From a virus (taxonomy: Duplodnaviria > Caudoviricetes): a DNA stretch of 41,283 bases. The stretch is from IMG/VR virus record IMGVR_UViG_3300009069_000042, positions 1 through 41,283 of that record; one strand, 5' to 3'. Position numbers and translations under genes: made by a program. A model generated the notes under the pieces. That model saw only the letters and a program-made list of their open reading frames with translations. It had not been told where the DNA came from and searched no databases. Every line of letters begins with the position of its first letter. Within the stretch, counting starts at the first letter, position 1. Shown here one piece after another: positions 34,501-41,283 of the stretch.

Positions 34501-36052
34501 GCGTGGCGCCCTCGCCTCCCGCGAATTCATGATCCCTGATGAAGTGCTCGACGACCTCGGGGTGCTCGACAATTCAGCGCTTCAAGGTGTGCGCGGCTTC
34601 ATGCACGGCACCGTGCCGGACATCGTCCTGACCGAGCGGTTCGGCGACTTCAACCTGACGGATCAGATCAAGCAGATCAACGAACAGGCGCAGGAACTGA
34701 TAGCGCAAAATCCCAGGCGCTCCGCCCAGATCATCGAGCAGCGTGATCGCGACATCAAGGCGCTGGCCGGGATCCGCGATCGCATTCGTGGTGTCTACGC
34801 ATCCGGAGGGGATGCGACATCGCGCCATGCCGGCCGCATTGGTTCGTTCCTGCGATTTTTCAACATGGCGGTGGATCTCGGCGGTGCGACAGTGTCGTCG
34901 ATCCCGGACCTCGGCAATCCGATCTTTCGATGGGGCTTCACGCGGGTGTTCGGCGATGCCTGGCGCCCGTTCGTGCGCGGTCTCGTCGGCGCGTCGGATG
35001 GGTTTGCGCAGGCAAAGCGGCAATACCGGGCGATGGGCATCGGCGTCGAGATGGCTCTGCTTACCCGCTCGCGCTCGATCAACGACATCTCGGCGAGCTA
35101 CCGCGCCGAATCGCGCATCGAGCGCACGATGCAGGTGATCGGCGAGGGCTCGCAGATACTGAACCTTCAGGCACCCTGGACGGACATGACGCGCACCATC
35201 GCCTCGATCGTCTCGGGCAACGAGATATTCCGCGCTGCGCGGGCTGTCAGTCAGGGCAAGGCGAGCGCGAAACAGATCCGCGATCTCGCGTCATCCGGCA
35301 TCGATCAGAACCTTGCGCGCCGTGTCTGGAGTGAGTTCGAACGCGGTGGCGAGGTGGTCGATGGCGTCTACCTTCCGAACACGGCGGACTGGCAGGATGC
35401 CGCGGCGCGCCGGGCGTTCGAGGGTGCCGTTGCGCGGGAGGCGGATATCACGGTGGTCAATCCCGGGCAGGAAAAGCCGCTGTGGATGTCCACGCCGATC
35501 CTCGGCCTGATCGGGCAGCACAAGAGTTTCATCATGGGCGCGACGGAGCGCATCCTGCTGGCGAACCTGCAACGTCGCGATGCGCACACCTTGGCCGGGT
35601 TCATGACGATGATCTCGCTCGGCATGGTCGCTTCCGCGCTCTACTCGATCAATTCGGGCAAGGGGTTCCCGGAGCGTCCACAGGACTGGGTGAAGGAAGG
35701 CATCTCGCGCTCGGGTGTTCTGGGCTGGCTGGAAGAGGCGAACTCGATCACGGCCCAGGCCACATCCGGCGGGATCGATGCCTATCGGCTCATCGGCGCC
35801 GATCGTCCGCTGCAGCGATTTTCCAGCCGGTCGGTGCTCGAACGGGCGATGGGCCCAACCGTGGGCAAGATCAACACGGTTACAGGTCTGACATCGGCGC
35901 CCTTCGGCGAGGAAGGCTGGAACGCCCGCGACACCGCGAACCTGCGCCGCCTGGCGCCCTACCAGAACCTGTTCTATATCCGGCGCCTGCTCAACGAGGT
36001 CGAGGACGGGGTGAACCAGTCGCTTGGCATCGATCCGCTCGATCAGCGCTGA
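31517..36052 (+). CDS. Large internal virion (ejection) protein
   Basis: 1511 aa; ESYFMRSYN, LGGATVSSIPDLG, QHKSF, LRRLAPYQNLFY motifs; position before the tail fibre. Confidence 0.85.
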   Translation: MMPFLERENPRARNLLPMEEEPERPALSDTLAAGFRQENIVASPARVLRDYQSFEPEEDYDPVEHLRGTPYEGNYLDRFVTSRSAAETEHIMRRIDQENENRETLAASGFAGVVASVAGGLIDPTILLPGGSLYRAARGGVSIWRTAMSVGRSGAAAAGFAEGVLGMTQETRTREEMALNIGASTILSGLLGGGAASLLSRAERRALDQALAADIRRMEGRAPDEATGLADGSDGRTEMPDLSSDGARVPDMPDDAVRPAGDPANMDVSAMRDAGAAMADRRTGLLASTGLSEVPWLSTAFERMSPTHRLLASENVASRRAVSDLAESALMSVDAQRGVTPTRAGGPAAEREIALAQRQTLVAMDDVIEDAWLRYRFGSRESAPWFARQRDALDEMRGTGAGGKLSFGRFDEEVGRAMRAGDRHEVPEVADVARWVRQNVFEPWKERAIAQGLLPEGVEVSTAESYFMRSYNREAMKARAPEVRRRVTDWLEAEQTRKRDIQAKIEALDDQRRAVADQVRKVEDRVARSERRLAELDARQAERQMATRDAANREEVLTERVADQAEALSELEEAVAAFRSQTVAPELRGRIADLEANVRALRREEARSRMSEKDLERARKAEEDAYLADDFVGKVADMVVGRRNPPKVPSFVQWIVDAGGIVDQGGDVRAMMGGSPQARPGLLNRNNGSSIDEIGERLADEFHWMFPERPSEADVLEMIDASLRGTEPHWFVESRLAPDEQDLLRVTEDIDDIRRAMEESGYPLNSRRDYARFMLDNQESMPAGPERFDAPGADPIPAGVRLESAEGALSGARDRVEEIREVAERARRRADTVDRRLGQDEARLDEVQRVRGRGDRRMDELSRQEDIATERRALQDEMMAIARAHEESVYRAIETEIEQWGGKSARDALSSIRARDKAATEAGRSADAPRLRGADRDIRSAVRRIIGSDRDMSRQELEARAGEIYDRIISTPDGRLPYDEASTGGAAGASSRDRPRGALASREFMIPDEVLDDLGVLDNSALQGVRGFMHGTVPDIVLTERFGDFNLTDQIKQINEQAQELIAQNPRRSAQIIEQRDRDIKALAGIRDRIRGVYASGGDATSRHAGRIGSFLRFFNMAVDLGGATVSSIPDLGNPIFRWGFTRVFGDAWRPFVRGLVGASDGFAQAKRQYRAMGIGVEMALLTRSRSINDISASYRAESRIERTMQVIGEGSQILNLQAPWTDMTRTIASIVSGNEIFRAARAVSQGKASAKQIRDLASSGIDQNLARRVWSEFERGGEVVDGVYLPNTADWQDAAARRAFEGAVAREADITVVNPGQEKPLWMSTPILGLIGQHKSFIMGATERILLANLQRRDAHTLAGFMTMISLGMVASALYSINSGKGFPERPQDWVKEGISRSGVLGWLEEANSITAQATSGGIDAYRLIGADRPLQRFSSRSVLERAMGPTVGKINTVTGLTSAPFGEEGWNARDTANLRRLAPYQNLFYIRRLLNEVEDGVNQSLGIDPLDQR

Positions 36053-36056
36053 TGGC

Positions 36057-36090
36057 TGTGCGGTGCGCTGCGAGCGGGGCAGCGCAATCG
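36057..36090 (+). promoter_or_regulatory. Late-promoter motif copy 5
   Basis: TGTGCGGTG-N16-GCGCAATCG, intergenic. Confidence 0.72.
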
Positions 36091-36097
36091 TTGCGGC

Positions 36098-38368
36098 ATG
36101 AGCACGCCATCAATCGCTGACGCTGACCGCATCGTCGAATATCCCTCGGCCAACGGGGTCGGCCCTTATGATGTGCCGTTTCCGGTCTTCGAGGAAACCG
36201 GCGCGGATCTTTATGTGACGCTGGATGGTGAGGAGGTTGGCGGATGGACCGCGACCGCGACCACCTATCCGGGCTTCTACGGTGCGCCGAACACGTACCT
36301 GCTTCAGCTGACATTCGACGAATCGATCTCCGGCCATCTGGTGATCGAAGGCCGTCGTGCGCCGCGGCGCGTCAGTCAGTTCGCAGAGGGGCGCGGCGTC
36401 CCTGCTCGAGATCATAACACCGAGCTGAACACGTTGACGGCGATCGCGCGGGAGCAGCATCGCCGGCAGAATCGTATGGATGAGGGACTTGGCGATCTCG
36501 ATGACGCCGTCTCTAGCGCAGGTCTGAGTGCTGAAATCGCAGGCACAGCACGCGATCAAGCTGTAGGGGCACGAAACGACGTGCTTTCTGTATATCTCGG
36601 CGAGTTGGCGTCGGACCCGGCTACCGGCTACGACGGGGCGGCGCTGACCGGCGGAGAATGGTACGTCCGCCCGGATGGAACGCAGCGCGTGTACTCCACC
36701 GGCAGCGGCACATGGTCGAACGCACCACAGGGGCCGGATGGCGCGGACGGCGTAGGCATTCCGACAGGCGGCGACCAGGGCCAGGTGCTGGCAAAGGCGA
36801 GCGGCGATGATTACGACACGGAGTGGATCGCATCGTCCAGCGGAGGAGGCTTTGGTTGGACTGAGGCTGCCGACCTGCCGACCGACGGGACCAGCGACGC
36901 TGTCACGGCCCTGCAGGCGGCGATTGATGCCGCTCCTGACAATTCGGTTCTCGTGATCCCGCCCGGCGAATATGCGATCAAAAGCCTCCCCGTCGATCCC
37001 TCGGCGTGGTGGACCGCAGACGGCGACGCGGCAATCGACACACCGCAGGATGCAGCACTCGCAATCCGTGACCGCGTGGGGCTGACGATCATTGCATTCG
37101 GCGTTCGGTTCATAGCAGACGCCAGCACGGCAGACGGGTACACGTTCTATTTCTATCGCTCTCAGGGGTGCAAATTCATCGGCGGCGAATTCGTCGGCAA
37201 CACGACATTCGTGACCGGCGACGGCGAGGCCAGCGCCATTATCATCGCGCGGTGTATCGACTGCTGGGCGAAGGGCGTTACGGTTGATCGCTTCTACCGC
37301 AACCTGTTCGGCTACCGCTCGGCGTTCTCGGGCTTCCAGAACTGCCGCTCAACGCGCGCCGGCTATTTCAACATCTATGCAGACGGCGAGTTGGATATTA
37401 CCGTTCCCGATGCGCTGGCACCTCCAACCGGTTCGTCTGCGTGGCTTGTTGATAACTGCTATATGCAGGGTGGCAAATTCGCGAACGCCAAAGGAAGCCG
37501 CGCTCATTACAACAACTGCACATCAGTCGATGCGGGGCGTCAGGGCGTCTTCGCGTTGCATTATCGCTGTGATAGCGACTACATCCACATCACGGGTGGA
37601 ATGATCCTCGAAACCAGCGACCAGAATTCCGGCGACGAGGTCGATGGTATTCAGATCGCAACAACGTCAAACTTTGCTGGGTTAGGCGCGTATCCGACTG
37701 GAAGCAAGGTTCATGGCGTTCGTATTCGAGGTTGCAATGTTGCGATAAATCTTGTTGGCGCAAATGATACACAAATAACGTTGTGCGATATAAAGGATTT
37801 TTACAGCGGAGGAATTCTTGCTATCAGTAGAGAAGTCGGCGGCAAGGATTATTTGATGGATGGTATTCAGATCATCAACAACAACGTCGGGCCGTTTAAT
37901 ACAGCTTCAACAGTTTCGCCTTTCTCGCCAAACTCAAAAGCATGTATCGAGCTACGTGAAAACAATGGCGTTCTATGCCGGGGCGCAATTGTTGGCAATA
38001 TCATTGACAGCAATGATGCTGGTGCATTCAGCCCATCGGGTACGTCATTCGAGGTGGCGACAAACCTCTCGGGCTCGAACCTCGCGGCAGGCAACAACCT
38101 GATACGGGGCACCGGCACGAATCAGTTGCCTGCCGGAGCGGCGGTAGACGTTGGCTATAATAAGGTCGGGTCGTTCGTGCTGGCCCGGACTGATGGCACT
38201 GATACCTCCTCAGGCGCGACGCGGTCCGGGTCTGAACTAAACGCCTGCTCTCTGGATGATAGTGGTAATTTCGTCGCCAATGGAGGCACATTGAGCGGCA
38301 CATGGCGGAATTTAAGCGGCGGCATGGACTCCACGTATCGCATCGGCGTGTTTCAGAGGATTTCGTGA
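36098..38368 (+). CDS. Tail fibre/tailspike: gp17-like anchor, right-handed beta-helix, C-terminal tip
   Basis: N-terminal ANGVGPYDVPFPVF; DGTSDAVTALQAAID..IPPGEY beta-helix start; C-terminal LSGTWRNL..VFQRIS. Confidence 0.88.
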   Translation: MSTPSIADADRIVEYPSANGVGPYDVPFPVFEETGADLYVTLDGEEVGGWTATATTYPGFYGAPNTYLLQLTFDESISGHLVIEGRRAPRRVSQFAEGRGVPARDHNTELNTLTAIAREQHRRQNRMDEGLGDLDDAVSSAGLSAEIAGTARDQAVGARNDVLSVYLGELASDPATGYDGAALTGGEWYVRPDGTQRVYSTGSGTWSNAPQGPDGADGVGIPTGGDQGQVLAKASGDDYDTEWIASSSGGGFGWTEAADLPTDGTSDAVTALQAAIDAAPDNSVLVIPPGEYAIKSLPVDPSAWWTADGDAAIDTPQDAALAIRDRVGLTIIAFGVRFIADASTADGYTFYFYRSQGCKFIGGEFVGNTTFVTGDGEASAIIIARCIDCWAKGVTVDRFYRNLFGYRSAFSGFQNCRSTRAGYFNIYADGELDITVPDALAPPTGSSAWLVDNCYMQGGKFANAKGSRAHYNNCTSVDAGRQGVFALHYRCDSDYIHITGGMILETSDQNSGDEVDGIQIATTSNFAGLGAYPTGSKVHGVRIRGCNVAINLVGANDTQITLCDIKDFYSGGILAISREVGGKDYLMDGIQIINNNVGPFNTASTVSPFSPNSKACIELRENNGVLCRGAIVGNIIDSNDAGAFSPSGTSFEVATNLSGSNLAAGNNLIRGTGTNQLPAGAAVDVGYNKVGSFVLARTDGTDTSSGATRSGSELNACSLDDSGNFVANGGTLSGTWRNLSGGMDSTYRIGVFQRIS

Positions 38369-38814
38369 TGTTCAAATTGCTCGAAATACAGAATGGATCG
38401 GCGCGCTACGCGCGAGAAGACGGCTCGGTGATCAATTGCATGGCGCGGTTTTCGCACATGCCGGATGAATGGCTGCCGTTTACGGCAATGAACGCTGATA
38501 CGCTAAGCCATGCACGCGCGGTTTGGGCCTCACTCCAGGCGGGCGAAGCCGGCGAGATTGCGCCATATGTCGCGCCGCCGCCCGTTGTTCCGCGATCCGT
38601 CTCCCCGCTCCAGATCCGCCGCGCCTTGCGACAGGCAGGGCTAAAAGCGCAGGCCGATGCCTACGCCGCAGATCTCGACGATGAGGCGCGGGAGGCATGG
38701 GAATATGCCACCGTGATCATGCGCAATGATCCGTTTATCGAAGGCGCGCGCGTGGCGCTGGGCTTGAGCGAGTCAGAGGTGGACGATCTGTTTATCCTCG
38801 CCGCGACTCTCTAA
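38368..38814 (+). CDS. Tail fibre assembly chaperone-like protein
   Basis: GEAGEIAPYVAPPP, VSPLQIRRAL, WEYA, LGLSESEVDDLFILAATL; start MFKLL coupled to the fibre stop. Confidence 0.75.
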   Translation: MFKLLEIQNGSARYAREDGSVINCMARFSHMPDEWLPFTAMNADTLSHARAVWASLQAGEAGEIAPYVAPPPVVPRSVSPLQIRRALRQAGLKAQADAYAADLDDEAREAWEYATVIMRNDPFIEGARVALGLSESEVDDLFILAATL

Positions 38815-38954
38815 CAGCTGACACATGACGACGATCCGCCCGCCGGGCTCTCCCGCGCGGTGACGGCGCGCGTCTGGCCACGTAGCCACCAAGGACGTTA
38901 GCGCCCCTTTCTGAACCCCGCGACCGCAACCCGTCATGATTGCACCATCATCGC

Positions 38955-38989
38955 TGTGCGGTGCGCCCCCGCCGCGACCTGCGCAGGGT
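38955..38989 (+). promoter_or_regulatory. Late-promoter motif copy 6 (lysis cassette)
   Basis: TGTGCGGTG-N17-GCGCAGGGT, intergenic. Confidence 0.75.
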
Positions 38990-39015
38990 GGTGCGAGATA
39001 GCGGGGACATCAATC

Positions 39016-39783
39016 ATGAGCTCATTCGACGCGGCACTGCCGGTCATTCTTCGACATGAGGGCGGCTATGTGGATCACCCGCGCGATCCCGGTGGCGCCA
39101 CAAATAAGGGCGTCACGATCGGTACCCTGTCGGACTGGCTCGGGCGCCCCGCCACCAAGGCGGAAGTCAAGGCGCTGAAGGTCAAGGACGTGGCACCGAT
39201 CTACAAGGCGAACTATTGGGACGTGGTTCGCGGCGATGATCTCCCTCACGGCGTCAATCTTGTGACCTTCGATGCATCGGTGAATTCCGGCCCCGCTCGC
39301 GGCGCGCGCTGGCTGCAGCGAGCCGTCGGTGCGACGCCTGACGGGCAAGTCGGCCCCCTCACCGTCGCGGCGACGAAGAAGGCCGATCCGAAGGTGACCG
39401 TGAAGCGCTCGACCGATGATCGCCTGGGCTTCCTGCAGGGCCTGCGCACCTGGAGCACGTTCGGGCGCGGCTGGGGGCGGCGCGTCGGTGAGATCCGCGC
39501 GCTCGGGCTTCTCTGGGCCGGCGAGAAGAAGGCGGAGATCCTCGGGGATGCATCCGACATCGACAAGCGCGCCTCCAAAGACGATCGGGCAGCTGCCGGC
39601 AGCGCGACCGGCGGCGCGGCGAGCGGCGGCTCTGCCCCGCTGATGATCGAGGATCCTGTGCAGATCGCGGTACTGGTCGTCGTCGCGATCGCGCTGGTTG
39701 GGCTCGGCTACTTTCTGGCGCTGCGCGGACGCGCTCGCCATGACGCGGCGCAGGCCATGCGGGAGACCTTGGGAGATATCTGA
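39016..39783 (+). CDS. Endolysin: glycoside hydrolase family 108 with PG-binding domain and C-terminal TM helix
   Basis: HEGGYVDHPRDPGGATNKGVT, FDASVNSG, LQRAVG..DGQVGPLT, FGRGWGRR; start ATG 39016. Confidence 0.92.
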   Translation: MSSFDAALPVILRHEGGYVDHPRDPGGATNKGVTIGTLSDWLGRPATKAEVKALKVKDVAPIYKANYWDVVRGDDLPHGVNLVTFDASVNSGPARGARWLQRAVGATPDGQVGPLTVAATKKADPKVTVKRSTDDRLGFLQGLRTWSTFGRGWGRRVGEIRALGLLWAGEKKAEILGDASDIDKRASKDDRAAAGSATGGAASGGSAPLMIEDPVQIAVLVVVAIALVGLGYFLALRGRARHDAAQAMRETLGDI

Positions 39784-40301
39784 TGCGAAATTCATGGCAA
39801 CACCTGGCGCGCCCGCTGACAGAGGCAGGGCTGACTATTCTCGCCGGCGCGATCGGCGGGCCGGGCGGCGCGATCGCTGCCAGTGTCGGACGCGAGATCG
39901 CATCGCAGCTCGGCGTCGCGGCCTCGCCCCGTGCGGTTGAGGAGGCGATCGAGCAGCATCCGGCGGACGTTGCGAAGACGCTGAAGCGCTATGAGGCCGA
40001 TGCCGGCGACAAGCTGGAGCTGCTCGCGCAGGAGCAGGCCGACATGGCGCGCATCCTGGAGCGCGCCGACCAAGGCCCGTTCTTCCGCTGGGGCTGGCGG
40101 CCGGCGATCATGTGGTTGCTGGCCGTGTTCTGGACGATGAACCTGATCGGCATCCCGGTCATCCTCAACGGCATGCTCGGCTACACGATCCCGCTCGCTC
40201 CGTTCGATGCCCTGATCACGCTAACCGGGCTCTACCTCGCTCTCTACATGGGCGGGAATACGGTTCTGCGCGTGATGGGTAACCGTGGGGGCGCAGCATG
40301 A
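39783..40301 (+). CDS. Holin (GTA 3TM-like)
   Basis: GWRPAIMWL motif, hydrophobic helices, YMGGNT; follows the endolysin. Confidence 0.8.
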   Translation: MRNSWQHLARPLTEAGLTILAGAIGGPGGAIAASVGREIASQLGVAASPRAVEEAIEQHPADVAKTLKRYEADAGDKLELLAQEQADMARILERADQGPFFRWGWRPAIMWLLAVFWTMNLIGIPVILNGMLGYTIPLAPFDALITLTGLYLALYMGGNTVLRVMGNRGGAA

Positions 40302-40648
40302 CGGAGGCGCAACTTCCTTTGCTGGGGCTGATCGTCGCGGTGCTTGGGCTTGCGGGAACAGCGTGGTGGCGGATGCAAAGCCACATCAACAGCGTCCGGA
40401 AAGAGTTCGAGGGGCGAATCCAGACGATCTCGGCTCAATCGTCCATGACCGTAATGCAGCTCTCCGAGTACCGGACCTATGTCGCGGAGCACTACATCTC
40501 AAAACAGGGTTTCCGGGAGACGATGGAGACGGTCTCGGCGACGTTGCAGACCATCAACACCAACCTGACGCACCTGAACGAGCGCATCGACCGCGTGATC
40601 GAAAATCAGCACGCGATACCCCGAAAGAATGAAAGATCTTCGTCATGA
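40298..40648 (+). CDS. Membrane-anchored coiled-coil protein of the lysis cassette
   Basis: N-terminal TM helix, YVAEHYISK, coiled coil ending RIDRVIE. Confidence 0.75.
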   Translation: MTEAQLPLLGLIVAVLGLAGTAWWRMQSHINSVRKEFEGRIQTISAQSSMTVMQLSEYRTYVAEHYISKQGFRETMETVSATLQTINTNLTHLNERIDRVIENQHAIPRKNERSSS

Positions 40649-41283
40649 CGACGCTTTCGAATCTGCCGCAGGCCCCTGAGGCCGTCGATGATGTCGAGGG
40701 AATCGTTGTCAACGCGCCGAACGCGCCGAACCCATCGGACGTCACGCACAAGGGCCGGCTGCGCTCGGTGGCGACGCTGCTGTCGCGCGTCTTCACGTAT
40801 CTGACGACGACGCGGCTCAGCGATCTCGAGGATGCACTCGCGCCTGGGATCGCGCCGAAGGTGTTTGCCGAGATCGAGGGCGAGGACGTCACGCCGGTAT
40901 GGGGCGCGGCTTCGTCGGCCCCGGCGCTGGAGAATGGCACGCTCACTGGGCGCGTAATCAGCATCGGCCCGATACAGCGGGTTTCGATCACGTTGACGAT
41001 CGGCGCTGACACGACGATGGGCTCGGGCGCATGGAATTTCACGCTGCCCTCCCCGCTCGACGGCAATGCGGCGGCAACGGCGATCGGCAGCGTCGTGGGC
41101 CGCGACGCGACCGGTTCGCGCTGGCGGGTCGGTTCATGCCGCGTCCTCGCCGGCGAAAATCAGATCGAATGCTTCACCGATGACGTAGCCGATGCCTGGT
41201 CTGCAACGGTGCCCCATACCTGGGATGACGGCGACACGCTCACACTCTCGATCGAGTATGAAACCGAGGCACCTTCGGAATAA
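40645..41283 (+). CDS. Putative accessory fibre/receptor-binding protein
   Basis: Beta-rich C-terminal domain NGTLTGR..IG..GSGAWNFTLP..WDDGDTLTLSIEYE; coupled start. Confidence 0.55.
   Translation: MTTLSNLPQAPEAVDDVEGIVVNAPNAPNPSDVTHKGRLRSVATLLSRVFTYLTTTRLSDLEDALAPGIAPKVFAEIEGEDVTPVWGAASSAPALENGTLTGRVISIGPIQRVSITLTIGADTTMGSGAWNFTLPSPLDGNAAATAIGSVVGRDATGSRWRVGSCRVLAGENQIECFTDDVADAWSATVPHTWDDGDTLTLSIEYETEAPSE

Larger units (their letters stand above)
1..41283. mobile_element. Temperate podovirus-like prophage/phage genome (nearly complete; integrase and att not in window)
   Basis: Ordered modules for recombination, cI/cro switch, replication, packaging, head, T7/BPP-1-like short tail with internal virion proteins, and lysis. 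Confidence 0.96.

Noticed and set aside
38815-38950. Possible ncRNA or terminator in the chaperone-endolysin gap
   Set aside because: Only weak GC pairings with no clear U tract or recognisable RNA family
36098-41283. Diversity-generating retroelement, as in BPP-1-like phages
   Set aside because: No reverse transcriptase ORF and no template/variable repeat pair seen in the window

Overview
The window is a nearly complete ~41 kb temperate podovirus-type prophage or phage genome. High GC and the gene families suggest an alphaproteobacterial host, which is inference. A leftward early arm (1-8350) carries a truncated excisionase-like gene, an ASCH-like protein, an AAA recombinase, a RecE-like exonuclease and small ORFs. 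A lambda-like immunity region follows: pL, a Rap1a-like protein, a membrane protein, cI, cro and a cII-like gene, with TTGCG-N5-CGCAA operators. The rightward early arm holds a PD-(D/E)XK nuclease, two methyltransferases, a DnaA-C-like HTH and a DUF1376 replication initiator. The late region is BPP-1/T7-style: terS, terL, portal, scaffold, capsid, decoration protein, tail tubular A and B, three ejection proteins, tailspike plus chaperone, GH108 endolysin, holin and a terminal fibre-like gene. No integrase, att site, tRNA, CRISPR array or reverse transcriptase is visible. The most notable observations are: a six-copy TGTGCGGTG-N16/17-GCGCA element heading each late module; a Rap1a-like immunity gene in the cI operon; a divergent HTH gene with its own palindromic operator; a pair of paralogous small genes in opposite arms; a strand-skew flip between terS and terL; and a possible docking motif linking the nozzle to an accessory fibre. 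All family assignments come from motif recognition by eye, not database searches.
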